Source: an uncultured virus (IMG/VR IMGVR_UViG_3300020048_000046)
Taxonomy: Duplodnaviria > Heunggongvirae > Uroviricota > Caudoviricetes
Strand: one strand, 5' to 3'
IMG/VR virus record: IMGVR_UViG_3300020048_000046
Length of the DNA: 64,000 nt
Positions 28,348-38,386 of this stretch are shown here, one piece after another. Under the pieces are notes generated by a model that was not told where the DNA came from, searched no databases, and saw nothing but the letters and a program-made list of their open reading frames with translations. The position numbers were made by a program, and so were the translations under genes. Position 1 is the first letter of the stretch. Each line of letters starts with the position of its first letter.

Positions 28348-29166
28348 ATGAGTGTGGAATTAAGTTTTATGATACCAATAATGGTGGTTGTTTTTTTGTG
28401 TGGGACTTTTGTTTTTTTGGATTTTAAACACTATCTTAAAAAAAAATCTTATGCTGAAAATGAATCAAATAACACTAAATCAAATAATATGAAATCTGAT
28501 TATTTTAAAGATGGTAAATATAATAAGGCTGATTATTCTAAAGAACGTGATTATGGATGGGAAAGTTATTATGATACTAAAGATAATAAATATGATAAAG
28601 TAGAAGAATTTATTACAAATGTGTTAAATCAAGTTGATATTGATTTTTATTCGGCTAATTATATTGATAAATTTTCAACCGGTACAAAAATATTATTAAA
28701 CTATGTTTTTGAAAATGGAACAATCGTTTTAGTTACAGAAGATAATTATTTGGCAATTATACAAAATAAAAAAGGGAAAAGAGCTAAATTATCACAAGAC
28801 CAAGTTCTATATGTTTTAAAATATTTTAAATCTCGTGTAAATATTTCAAAAAGTAGACAATATTCATCATATTATAGTGATTATAGCACATTTTATGATA
28901 AATATAGCACAAATTCACACAGAAAATATAGTTCAGATTATTCTGACCATATTGCCGAAATGTTTAAAAACCAACAAAAAAAATATACCCCAGAGCAATT
29001 AAAATATCAAGAACTATATAAGAAATTAAAAACTACATATGACCGAAGAATAGAACAAATAAAAAATATTTCTAAATGTGATCCAGATAGGATTTTATTG
29101 ATAAATGAATCCAATATAGTAAAACAAAAAATGGACAGTGCTTATGATAAAAGCGGGTTAAAATAA
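28348..29166 (+). CDS. hypothetical protein with N-terminal membrane anchor
   Basis: Hydrophobic residues ~5-24; Tyr/Ser-rich body. Confidence 0.65.
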   Translation: MSVELSFMIPIMVVVFLCGTFVFLDFKHYLKKKSYAENESNNTKSNNMKSDYFKDGKYNKADYSKERDYGWESYYDTKDNKYDKVEEFITNVLNQVDIDFYSANYIDKFSTGTKILLNYVFENGTIVLVTEDNYLAIIQNKKGKRAKLSQDQVLYVLKYFKSRVNISKSRQYSSYYSDYSTFYDKYSTNSHRKYSSDYSDHIAEMFKNQQKKYTPEQLKYQELYKKLKTTYDRRIEQIKNISKCDPDRILLINESNIVKQKMDSAYDKSGLK

Positions 29167-29194
29167 AAAAAAGGAGCGTTACGCTCCTTTTTTT
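29165..29194. terminator. bidirectional intrinsic terminator
   Basis: aaaaaaaggagcg-tta-cgctccttttttt. Confidence 0.8.
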
Positions 29195-29341
29195 ATTTAC
29201 TAGTTATGTAATTTATAAGTTTTATTCCCAACAATAATAGAAAATAACCAATACTTCCAACACACATTAATATTAATCCTAATAAAAACAGAGGTGATAT
29301 TATTATATTTTTTATTTTTTTCATCATATTTATTTTATTTT

Positions 29342-30547
29342 TTAATTCCAGAAATCATCATTTTCTTCGTCAGTATAAAAACTTTCAGCATCTGTTATTG
29401 AATTATCCGGGCTTTCAATATGGGTTATGGTATTGGTTTCAATATAATCTTCAAAATCATCATACAAATCTTCTTCTATTATTACACAATCATCAGAGCT
29501 TATTATTTCAATATCATCATCATCATCTTCATCCTCTACTACGACATTTNNNNNNNNNNCATTTTTATTATATTTCTTTCCATTTACTTCAGATGAAAAT
29601 ATACTATTTAAAACAGATAATCTTTTATTTATAACTGGTAAACCAATTGGTACGATAAACCTATTTGCTATTTTTAAAAATGTTTTTTCAAATTGGGTAT
29701 CATAATCAACTTCAACACCTTCTTTTTCTACTATTTCTATTGGGTGGAAACTTCTCATATAAGAAAATCTTTCACCTAAATCATGTTTACAAAAGTAATA
29801 TTTAATTTTACCACCTCTTAATAAATCATACTTAGTTTTATATTTATCATTTTTATTCAAGAGATAATTATGTAATGCTGCCGATTTAACAGCATGGTGT
29901 GCCCCTTTAACGCATTCTACTCCGTTTTGGTCATCTAGGACCTTATTTTCATAATTACTGCAACTGGTGGTCATAGAAATATCTTCAATATCAGTCATTA
30001 TAAATTCTTTTTTCATATTTTTTATAATTTTTAGAAGATCTTGCATTTTTAAATTATCTGGATTTTTGAATAAATAATTTATAAAATCCCAAATATTTTC
30101 ACGGACAAATAACGGTGTAGAAGATTTTACTATTTCAACCCCCTTGGCACTATAATGAGATAAATCTTCATAAAAAACACCATCTTCCCAAACACAATTA
30201 TTAATATAATTCTTCTTCATAATATGAAGACCAGATTTATTAATAGTTTCAAGTTCAAAATCGTGTATGTTTTTTACACCATACGGTTTAGCATATTCTT
30301 CCAAATATTTTGTAAATAAGTGTTTAACAAATGCACCATTAAAATGTAATATCCATTTTAATTCATCTCCATCATAATCAACAGATTGCATCATTGGAGT
30401 CATAGAAATATATAAACTATTATGAACTAATATGTCATTTCCTATAAAAGTATGAGTTTCATCATCAACTTCTATATCATATACATATTCATCATTAAAA
30501 TCTCCAATACATTCTATTGTGTCTATATCATCTAAATAGTATTCCAT
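29342..30547 (-). CDS. family-B DNA polymerase C-terminal fragment with N-terminal split-intein C half
   Basis: Begins with 43-aa IntC (VYDIEV...TFIGNDILVHN), then SLYI, KKNY, KGVEIVKSSTP; acidic tail crosses an N gap. Confidence 0.9.
   Translation of the reverse strand: MEYYLDDIDTIECIGDFNDEYVYDIEVDDETHTFIGNDILVHNSLYISMTPMMQSVDYDGDELKWILHFNGAFVKHLFTKYLEEYAKPYGVKNIHDFELETINKSGLHIMKKNYINNCVWEDGVFYEDLSHYSAKGVEIVKSSTPLFVRENIWDFINYLFKNPDNLKMQDLLKIIKNMKKEFIMTDIEDISMTTSCSNYENKVLDDQNGVECVKGAHHAVKSAALHNYLLNKNDKYKTKYDLLRGGKIKYYFCKHDLGERFSYMRSFHPIEIVEKEGVEVDYDTQFEKTFLKIANRFIVPIGLPVINKRLSVLNSIFSSEVNGKKYNKNXXXXNVVVEDEDDDDDIEIISSDDCVIIEEDLYDDFEDYIETNTITHIESPDNSITDAESFYTDEENDDFWN
30419..30547 (-). mobile_element. 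split intein C fragment (IntC)
   Basis: Block F VYDIEV, block G ILVHN, +1 residue Ser. Confidence 0.9.
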
Positions 30548-30583
30548 TTTTATTGTTTTTGTGTTTTATATTTTAGTGTGTTT

Positions 30584-31732
30584 TTATTCATAAGTTTTAA
30601 TTTTTTCAACTAATTCGTCTGTTAATAATTCAATTCCTTTTTCTTTTAACTCTTTTTCCCAAACGATTATAACCTCTCTAACTTTTGTTTTGACAAAATC
30701 TATTTTTATTCTGTCTTTTTCCCATATAGTTTTTGCTAATAACTCCTTATCAAATGGGTTTGGTTTATCATATTCATCAAATTTTTCCGGATTAGCATGA
30801 AATAAATCCCCATTAAATTCAATGGCTATGTTTAATTCTTTAATATAGAAATCTATCAAATAATATTTTAGGTCATCATTAAACATTTTTTCTCGATTAT
30901 AATCATCTGCATAATAATATGTGTATTCTTTATCAATTTTTTCTTTTATTTTGTGAAATATTTTTTGTGATATTTCAGAATACCCAAACTCAAAATTGCT
31001 TTCAACTCTTTTTTCAGCAAAATTTCTATATTTTTCTCTACCGATATCTTCACCATATTCTTTTAAAAAATAATCTAATGAACATGTATATCTCTGCCTA
31101 TCAATATATTTTTTCCACATATCTTTTCCTTCAACTTCACCATGTCTAATAATAAGATTTTCTAATGTTGTTGATCTGGTTTTATTATATTCATTAAATT
31201 GTTTTTTTGTCCAACCATATTTTTCTTGTTTATATTCAAATGTATTGGTTTCCGATTGTTTCCTACAATATTCTTCCCAAGCGACCGTTCCATTTTCTAT
31301 GCCATGTTTAATAATCAAATTGTCTAATGTTATAGCGTAATTTTGTTGTTTCCATTCAGTAGAAACACTATCTGGTATATTAAAAGCATAATTTGTAATA
31401 TCACATATTCTATTAAAAACTCTACTTTTATTCAAAGTTTGGTATTCTGGGAATTTTTTTGTCAAACAATCTTCACAAACTGATAAATTGTATTTATTTC
31501 CTAATATTTCTTTTTGAGATAAATAAGATTTTTTATTAATATATAAATTAAAATCCCGATCAATAGCATAAGTTGAATCGTAATAATATATTGGACCATT
31601 ACAACATGTACATCTTTTATGTTCCGGGAAACATTCTAATAAAATATCATTATATAATTCTTTTGTTTTATTTTTCGAAAACCAGGTTGTCCACGTTTTA
31701 TTATATTTGTTGAAATTTTTTTTCTTAGTCAT
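30584..31732 (-). CDS. free-standing Vsr/PD-(D/E)xK-type homing endonuclease between intein halves
   Basis: CxxC pairs, repeated I.KHG..EG...W, IDFYIKELNIAIEFNGDLFH...D..K...IIVWE. Confidence 0.8.
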   Translation of the reverse strand: MTKKKNFNKYNKTWTTWFSKNKTKELYNDILLECFPEHKRCTCCNGPIYYYDSTYAIDRDFNLYINKKSYLSQKEILGNKYNLSVCEDCLTKKFPEYQTLNKSRVFNRICDITNYAFNIPDSVSTEWKQQNYAITLDNLIIKHGIENGTVAWEEYCRKQSETNTFEYKQEKYGWTKKQFNEYNKTRSTTLENLIIRHGEVEGKDMWKKYIDRQRYTCSLDYFLKEYGEDIGREKYRNFAEKRVESNFEFGYSEISQKIFHKIKEKIDKEYTYYYADDYNREKMFNDDLKYYLIDFYIKELNIAIEFNGDLFHANPEKFDEYDKPNPFDKELLAKTIWEKDRIKIDFVKTKVREVIIVWEKELKEKGIELLTDELVEKIKTYE

Positions 31733-31754
31733 TTTTTTCCCCTTTATAAAAGAT

Positions 31755-32111
31755 TTAATTTTTTACACATAATATTTTATCCGTTTTTAATATTTCACAA
31801 GGTTTAACTTCTATTTGCACATTGTTTCTAAACACAATCATAGAATGGTCATTAGTTACTATAATTTCTTTTCCACTTTTAGTTTTTAATATCCATTTAG
31901 CTTTAGTAACTTTATGTCTAATTATTCTTTTAACAGGCGCATAATACAAACCTTTTTCTTTATCATAATTTAATATTTTATCATAACACTTTACACTTTC
32001 GTGACCTTTTAATGTGTTTCCAGCAGAACCATTTATCATATTTCTATTGTATAATTCTTCTACTGTCAATTTGTCACTATTTGTTTGAATTAATGTGTCA
32101 TTTTGGCAACT
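31755..32111 (-). mobile_element. split intein N fragment (IntN, 118 aa)
   Basis: Block A starts at Ser right after YGDTD; block B KEIIVTNDHS; ends at stop codon without HN. Confidence 0.88.
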
Positions 32112-32756
32112 ATCAGTATCACCATAAATTATCAGAGGGGTTGATCTAACTCCTCTTGACTCATCAAATTTCTTAGATGTTGTGTCTGGATCAACTGAAT
32201 AGGTTTTTGGTATAGGTTTAACTTTGGAAAAATCGCAAATAAAACATTTGTGTACTGTTTCATATTTTTTTCCATCACATTCAAAAAATTCAATATCTGT
32301 ATCAACATAATCTGACGGACTCATATTATATGCTTCTAATATTTTTTGAATACCTGTTCCTTTATCATCATCTTTTCTTGGAAAATTGTCTATAAGTTTA
32401 CCATCTTTTCTAGTTAAATAATAACCATCATCTAATTTAGTGATGTAAATTATACCAAGTAGATCACGAATAGATTCATCTTTCCACCATTCTTCATAGA
32501 AATAATGTTCTATATGATCTAACATATAGTTAATAACTTCCCTGGATAGAGATGTTATTGAGTTAGCTATGTTCGTGTTTGAAATAGTAAAAGCCGGGTG
32601 ACAAAATGCACCGTAACTCCCATTCAGAACTAATTTTAGTCCGAGTTGCATTGCTTTAAAAAAATCTCGTTCACCCTTAACTTTATTAATTTTGCTTTTT
32701 AATTCTAAAATTTTTTCTCTTTTCTCTTTATCTGATAGATTATCAAATTTTCCCAT
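31755..32756 (-). CDS. family-B DNA polymerase middle fragment with C-terminal split-intein N half
   Basis: QLGLKLVLNGSYG (motif B), IANSITSLSR, YGDTD followed by intein SCQNDTLI...TNDH. Confidence 0.9.
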   Translation of the reverse strand: MGKFDNLSDKEKREKILELKSKINKVKGERDFFKAMQLGLKLVLNGSYGAFCHPAFTISNTNIANSITSLSREVINYMLDHIEHYFYEEWWKDESIRDLLGIIYITKLDDGYYLTRKDGKLIDNFPRKDDDKGTGIQKILEAYNMSPSDYVDTDIEFFECDGKKYETVHKCFICDFSKVKPIPKTYSVDPDTTSKKFDESRGVRSTPLIIYGDTDSCQNDTLIQTNSDKLTVEELYNRNMINGSAGNTLKGHESVKCYDKILNYDKEKGLYYAPVKRIIRHKVTKAKWILKTKSGKEIIVTNDHSMIVFRNNVQIEVKPCEILKTDKILCVKN

Positions 32757-32781
32757 ATTTATAAAATGTATTATATTTCTT

Positions 32782-32810
32782 ATTGTATTCAAAAAAACAA
32801 GAATAGTTTA
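32782..32810 (-). promoter_or_regulatory. putative phage promoter (AAAC-N18 class) for polymerase operon
   Basis: Minus strand TAAAC, N18, TACAAT, 25 nt before ATG 32756. Confidence 0.5.
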
Positions 32811-32857
32811 TTTTTTACCCTATTATATTTTATATATAATTAAGTAATGGTTATTAT

Positions 32858-32886
32858 GGAACTTTTTGTAATAATACAACTATAAT
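32858..32886 (+). promoter_or_regulatory. putative phage promoter (AAC-N18 class)
   Basis: GGAAC 32858-32862, N18, TATAAT 32881-32886. Confidence 0.5.
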
Positions 32887-32906
32887 ATAAAAAACAATTA
32901 TTAATT

Positions 32907-34502
32907 ATGATAAAAGATAAAGAATTACTAACATTAATAACAAGAAGAAATGTATCATACTATAAATCCATCGGATATAATGTAGATAAAATTAACACGG
33001 AAGTTTTAATAAAAATTGATGATATCAATCATAATTCACACCAAAAAATAATAGCAATATGTGATATTTGTGGTTGTGAAACGGAATTAAGAGTTCACAA
33101 ATATTATGAAAATTATGATAGATATAATTACTATGGCTGTAAAAAATGCTCCAGAGAAAAATCTAAGAAAACTAATTTAGAAAGATATGGTGAAGAATAT
33201 TATAATAATAAGGAAAAAACACAAAAGACTTGTTTAGAAAAATATGGTGTAAATACAACATTATTGGATAAAAAGACAAAAGATAAAATAAAAAAGACGA
33301 ATTTAGAATTATATGGTTGTGAACAAGTATTATCATCACCCATAGTAAGAGAAAAATTTAAAGACACATTTTTAAATAAATATGGTGTAGATCATTTTTC
33401 AAAATCTACGAATTTTCAAATCGTAGGATATAATAATTGGAAGAAGCAAATTTTAGAGAAATTAGAAAAATATAATATACAAGATTTTATATTAAAAGAT
33501 GATAGAACAGTGGATATAAAATGTGATTGTGGAAAAGATCATTATTTCAATATAACATCTAAAAATTTATATCAAAGGAAAGAAATTCAGGGAAATATAC
33601 TATGTACAGAATGTAATAAAATAGATACTCAAATTTCAGGTAAGGAATTACAAATTTTAAATTTTATTAAGGAAAATTATACTGGATTAATAATAGAAAA
33701 TGATAAAAAAATATTAAAGGGTAAGGAATTAGATATTTATTTACCGGAATTAAACTTAGCTGTGGAATTTAATGGTGTTTATTGGCATTCAGAATTATAT
33801 AAAGAAAAAAATTATCACAAATCAAAAACGGAAAAATGTGAGGAATTAAATATTCAGTTATTTCATATATGGGAAGATGATTGGCATCATAAAAAGAATA
33901 TTGTAGAGTCTATGATTTTAAATAAATTGAATAAAACACCAAATAAAATATATGCCAGAAAATGTATATTAAAGGAGATTAGTGATAATAGTTTAGTATT
34001 AGATTTTTTAGAAAAAAATCATATACAAGGATTTGTAGGATCTAGTATAAAAATAGGATTATTTTATAATGATGTTTTAGTTTCATTGATGACTTTTGGT
34101 AAAAAAAGAAAAATTTTAAATTCAAAAAGTAGAGAAGGTGAATATGAATTATTAAGATTTTGTAATATTTTAAATACAAATGTTGTTGGAGGAGCATCTA
34201 AATTATTTAAACACTTTGTAAAAACATATGCTTTTTCTGAAATAATTACATATGCAGATAGATCACATTCTAAGGGTATATTATATAATGCTTTAGGTTT
34301 TGGATTAATATCAAAAACAGATGTTGGATATAGTTATTATGATCATAGATTAAATAAATATAATAGATTTAATTTTAGAAAAGATGTCTTGGTTAAAGAA
34401 GGTTATGATCCAACAAAAACAGAAGTTGAAATTATGTATGAAAGAGGATATTTTAGAGTTTTTAATTCCGGTAATTTAAAATATGTATATACTTCACAAT
34501 AA
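32907..34502 (+). CDS. Hef-like homing endonuclease: Zn fingers, LE(K/R)YG repeats, Vsr-like nuclease, C-terminal GNAT-like domain
   Basis: ELDIYLPELNLAVEFNGVYWH...HIWEDDW; YARKC...NHIQG...ELLRFC...GGASKL...YADR...LGF. Confidence 0.75.
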   Translation: MIKDKELLTLITRRNVSYYKSIGYNVDKINTEVLIKIDDINHNSHQKIIAICDICGCETELRVHKYYENYDRYNYYGCKKCSREKSKKTNLERYGEEYYNNKEKTQKTCLEKYGVNTTLLDKKTKDKIKKTNLELYGCEQVLSSPIVREKFKDTFLNKYGVDHFSKSTNFQIVGYNNWKKQILEKLEKYNIQDFILKDDRTVDIKCDCGKDHYFNITSKNLYQRKEIQGNILCTECNKIDTQISGKELQILNFIKENYTGLIIENDKKILKGKELDIYLPELNLAVEFNGVYWHSELYKEKNYHKSKTEKCEELNIQLFHIWEDDWHHKKNIVESMILNKLNKTPNKIYARKCILKEISDNSLVLDFLEKNHIQGFVGSSIKIGLFYNDVLVSLMTFGKKRKILNSKSREGEYELLRFCNILNTNVVGGASKLFKHFVKTYAFSEIITYADRSHSKGILYNALGFGLISKTDVGYSYYDHRLNKYNRFNFRKDVLVKEGYDPTKTEVEIMYERGYFRVFNSGNLKYVYTSQ

Positions 34503-34554
34503 TATTTTTCACAATAAATATTTAATATATACGGATAGAAAAAACAATTAATAT

Positions 34555-35457
34555 ATGTATAATATTCAAAAAGACATAGAGAATGAGATAATTGATGCGA
34601 TAAATCCAATAATAGATGAATATCTTCAAGGTAGAACATCCGGAACCCATCATGCTTTAAATGTATTGACAAGAGATCAGTATGATAAATATTTTGATGG
34701 TAAGCTAAAAACTATATATGATGCTCAAAAGGATTTTAGATCAAATAAGAGTATATCACAATTAATTAAAGATATAAAAAATGTTGGTTATAGAAATTTT
34801 TGTAAGATAAATAATGGTGAAAATGAATTAAGTGAAAAAATGTACCGTAGTTTAGTAGTAAAATTATTAAATGATATAATTAGAGATAGAATAGCTCTAG
34901 AAAAAGATAACAATAATATTATGGAAAATAAATTAAGCATTAAGACTTTTGAAATATTTTTTGAAAGTAAATCAGAGATATTGAATGAAATGGTTCTGCC
35001 GGTTATGAAATTATCTGAAATTATAGACGATGTAACTAAAGTTACTAATGATACCTTGAAAAGAGTAATCGTTTCATTTTATAAAACATATACTGATTAT
35101 GTGGATTTACAAGATCCAATATTACATATTTATAGAGTCCATGATATGGTTGGTGATATAATGAACAATAATAGGGTTTCTTTTGATGCTTGCATATTTG
35201 AAAAAGGAGATATTCAAAGAATAAAAGAAAATTTAGTTGATTTTGCTATTGGGGAATTCCATAATGCTCTTCCAAATACTTTGAATGTATTTGGTATAGA
35301 TTTAAAACCAAATAGTTTTTTAAATAAAGAAGAATTAAAAAGTGTATTTGAAGAAGCATTTTTACCGGAAGAAGTAATAAAAATAATTACGAATATACTT
35401 GGATATAAATATGAAGGTCAATTTAATGATTTCTTCATATGGAGCAATAAACAATAA
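34555..35457 (+). CDS. hypothetical (possibly virion) protein
   Basis: 300 aa; internal IKTFEIFFESKSEILNE; TAATATATA at 34523. Confidence 0.65.
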   Translation: MYNIQKDIENEIIDAINPIIDEYLQGRTSGTHHALNVLTRDQYDKYFDGKLKTIYDAQKDFRSNKSISQLIKDIKNVGYRNFCKINNGENELSEKMYRSLVVKLLNDIIRDRIALEKDNNNIMENKLSIKTFEIFFESKSEILNEMVLPVMKLSEIIDDVTKVTNDTLKRVIVSFYKTYTDYVDLQDPILHIYRVHDMVGDIMNNNRVSFDACIFEKGDIQRIKENLVDFAIGEFHNALPNTLNVFGIDLKPNSFLNKEELKSVFEEAFLPEEVIKIITNILGYKYEGQFNDFFIWSNKQ

Positions 35458-35462
35458 TTAAT

Positions 35463-36248
35463 ATGAAATACTTAAAATACTTTGAAAGAAACATTAATAT
35501 TATGAGTAAAAAATTAACATCATTAAAAGGATTATATAATATAAATGATGATTATGTTGATTTTTATTGTTCATTTAATAAATTAACATCATTAATTGGA
35601 ACACCAAAAACAATAAAAGGTGATTTTTATTGTAGTAGTAATTTATTATATAATTTAAATGGTGGACCAGAATTTGTTTTAGGGTGTTATAATTGTTCAA
35701 AAAATAAATTAACATCATTAATTGGAGCACCTAAAAAAATTAATGTTTTTACATGTGACTATAATAATCTAAAAAATTTAAAATATTCTCCAATAAATGT
35801 TGGATGGTTTTCATGTGAACACAATAAATTAACATCATTAATTGGAGCACCAGAAACAATATCCGGTAATTTTTCATGTGAATACAATAATTTAAAAAGT
35901 TTAAAAGGTATACAAAACACTATAATTGAGGGTGACTTCAATTGTTCCAATAATAAATTAACATCCTTGGATTTCTTACCGGAAAATATAGAAGGTACAT
36001 TATTTTGTGATCATAATAATTGGACATACCCTATACCAGATCATATAGTAGTAAAATATAATATAGATTATACCAATATATATACATCAGAACAGTATGA
36101 GTATTTTGAATCTTTTGAGTTTCAAAAAAAATTCTTAACAGAATTTCCAGAGAAGTATAATGATATTTTATTATATTTTGGATATGCTGATGGTATTAAA
36201 GAAGAATTTGATTGGCTATTTAATGCAGTTGAGATGGGTTTAATGTAA
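35463..36248 (+). CDS. leucine-rich-repeat protein, paralogue 1
   Basis: MKYLKYFE, repeated CxxNxLTSLxGxP, C-terminal IKEEFDWLFNAVEMGLM. Confidence 0.85.
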   Translation: MKYLKYFERNINIMSKKLTSLKGLYNINDDYVDFYCSFNKLTSLIGTPKTIKGDFYCSSNLLYNLNGGPEFVLGCYNCSKNKLTSLIGAPKKINVFTCDYNNLKNLKYSPINVGWFSCEHNKLTSLIGAPETISGNFSCEYNNLKSLKGIQNTIIEGDFNCSNNKLTSLDFLPENIEGTLFCDHNNWTYPIPDHIVVKYNIDYTNIYTSEQYEYFESFEFQKKFLTEFPEKYNDILLYFGYADGIKEEFDWLFNAVEMGLM

Positions 36249-36263
36249 AAAAAAACAATAAAT

Positions 36264-36992
36264 ATGAAATACCTTAAATATTTTGAATTATTAAATAATA
36301 TAGATTATGAAAATGGTGTATTAACTTCATTAGATGGGCTAAAAATACCTAAACATATTGATGGTCGTTTTCAGTGTTATAATAATGATTTAACATCCTT
36401 AAAACATGGTCCGGAATATGTTACAAGTCATTATTCTTGTTCTGATAATAGTTTAACATCCTTGAAATATTGTGCAACTTATGTTGGTGGAAATTTTTAT
36501 TTTTATGGTAACATGATAAAATCATTAAAATATTGTCCTGAAACAGTCGTTGGATATTTTGATTGTCATAATAATCATTTAACGTCCTTAGAATTTTGTC
36601 CAAAAAATATTGGTGGGGGGTTCGATTGTTCAAACAATGCATTAACATCATTGGAATTTTGTCCTGATTATATTAAATATGATTTTGATTGTTCAAACAA
36701 TCTGATAACATCATTAGAATTTTGTCCAAATACAGTTATAGGGAAATTTACATGTAATAATAATAATTGGACTAATTTAATACCATATGAAACAATAAAA
36801 AAACATCATATAAAATATCATAACTTGTATAATGATTTACAAAAAGAAAAATTTGGATCATATAAATTTCAAAAGGAATACTTAACAAATAATCCGGAGA
36901 AATATAAAGATCTAGAACCAATAGGATATCTTGAAAAAATTAAAGAAGAATTTGATTGGTTATTCAATGCAATTGATATGGGATTAATGTAA
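36264..36992 (+). CDS. leucine-rich-repeat protein, paralogue 2
   Basis: Same termini; FxCxxNxLTSLEFCP repeats. Confidence 0.85.
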   Translation: MKYLKYFELLNNIDYENGVLTSLDGLKIPKHIDGRFQCYNNDLTSLKHGPEYVTSHYSCSDNSLTSLKYCATYVGGNFYFYGNMIKSLKYCPETVVGYFDCHNNHLTSLEFCPKNIGGGFDCSNNALTSLEFCPDYIKYDFDCSNNLITSLEFCPNTVIGKFTCNNNNWTNLIPYETIKKHHIKYHNLYNDLQKEKFGSYKFQKEYLTNNPEKYKDLEPIGYLEKIKEEFDWLFNAIDMGLM

Positions 36993-37006
36993 AAAAAATA
37001 TAAATT

Positions 37007-37663
37007 ATGAAATACTTAAAATACTTTGAACAAAATATATCTTATGAAGATAAGAAATTAACATCATTAAAAGAATTAAATATCCCTAAATATTTTTTTA
37101 CAAATTTTAATTGTTCTAATAATCAATTAACATCATTAGAATTCTGTCCAAAAGAAGTTGGTGGGTATTTTGATTGTGTTAGTAATCGATTAACATCATT
37201 AGAATTCTGTCCAAAAGAAGTTGGTGGGTATTTTGATTGTGATAATAATAATTTAGCATCGTTAGAATTCTGTCCAGAAAAAATTGGTGGGTTTTTTTCT
37301 TGTTCAAATAATCAATTAACTTCCTTAGAGTTCTGCCCAGAAACAATTAATGATAATTTTTATTGTAATAATAATCAATTAACTTCGTTAGAATTTTGCC
37401 CAAAAAGTGTTAGTGGTATACGTTTTAACTGTTCTAATAATCCATGGTCTAACCCACTTCAATATAATTTAATTAAAAAATTTAATATTACCGATGCATA
37501 TACTGATGAACAAATAAACTTTTTTGGGTCATATGAATATCAAAAAGAATTTCTAAATAATAGTCCAGAAAAATATAAGGACTTGATCCCAATTGGATTT
37601 TCTAAAGAAATTAAAGAAGAATTTGATTGGTTATTCAATGCCGCTGATATGGGTTTATTGTAA
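37007..37663 (+). CDS. leucine-rich-repeat protein, paralogue 3
   Basis: Same termini; near-identical 66-nt internal repeats. Confidence 0.85.
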   Translation: MKYLKYFEQNISYEDKKLTSLKELNIPKYFFTNFNCSNNQLTSLEFCPKEVGGYFDCVSNRLTSLEFCPKEVGGYFDCDNNNLASLEFCPEKIGGFFSCSNNQLTSLEFCPETINDNFYCNNNQLTSLEFCPKSVSGIRFNCSNNPWSNPLQYNLIKKFNITDAYTDEQINFFGSYEYQKEFLNNSPEKYKDLIPIGFSKEIKEEFDWLFNAADMGLL

Positions 37664-37942
37664 ATCAAATTCTTTAAATATTTCTTCTCTTGGTGGCAAA
37701 ACATAAGTATCAATATGAAATATTAAATCAATAAGATATTCATATTCATATATGTTTTTTATATTTGGATAATCAATAAAAAAATTATCATCTAAAGATA
37801 TTGTGAAATCATTATGGTTATTAAACCAATATATCATTTCATATTGTTTATCATTTAATAATAATGATAATATGACGGCAACACCATTACCATATTCTGA
37901 TTCTAATACTCCGATATAATCTATAATAGTAATACTTATCAT
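37655..37942 (-). CDS. hypothetical protein
   Basis: 95-aa ORF; TAATATATA upstream on minus strand (37962-37970). Confidence 0.6.
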   Translation of the reverse strand: MISITIIDYIGVLESEYGNGVAVILSLLLNDKQYEMIYWFNNHNDFTISLDDNFFIDYPNIKNIYEYEYLIDLIFHIDTYVLPPREEIFKEFDLQ

Positions 37943-37988
37943 TTTGATTGTTATTTTTTTATATATATTATAAAACTATGAGTTAAAA

Positions 37989-38369
37989 ATGTCAAAAATA
38001 GAAAATTATAAAGATTTCACTATAAGGTGGAATGGTCATCAAAAATATAGAAGTGATAAAATAATTGAAGATGAAGCTGTAGAAGTAATTGTTCAGAAAT
38101 TAGAAATGCTTTTATTTACTGGACAAGATGAAGTTTTTGGAGAAGATTCCGAAGGATTTGGGATTAATTTAGAACAATATTTATGGGAGACAACTGTTGC
38201 AAAAGATGTTATTAAAGGTGCTGTTGTTCAACAAATAAATAGATGGGTTCCTGAACTTATTCTAATGGGATATGAATTACAAATAGATTTATTTGAAGGT
38301 ACTGTTAGAGATATAATGGAATTGAATTTTACAATTATTGGGTATAATGTTCAATTCGTGTTTATGTAA
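37989..38369 (+). CDS. gp25-like baseplate wedge protein
   Basis: QKLEMLLFT..DEV....FG..LEQYLWE...I...INRWVP pattern of the gp25 family. Confidence 0.55.
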   Translation: MSKIENYKDFTIRWNGHQKYRSDKIIEDEAVEVIVQKLEMLLFTGQDEVFGEDSEGFGINLEQYLWETTVAKDVIKGAVVQQINRWVPELILMGYELQIDLFEGTVRDIMELNFTIIGYNVQFVFM

Positions 38370-38386
38370 AAAAATCACAAAATAAT

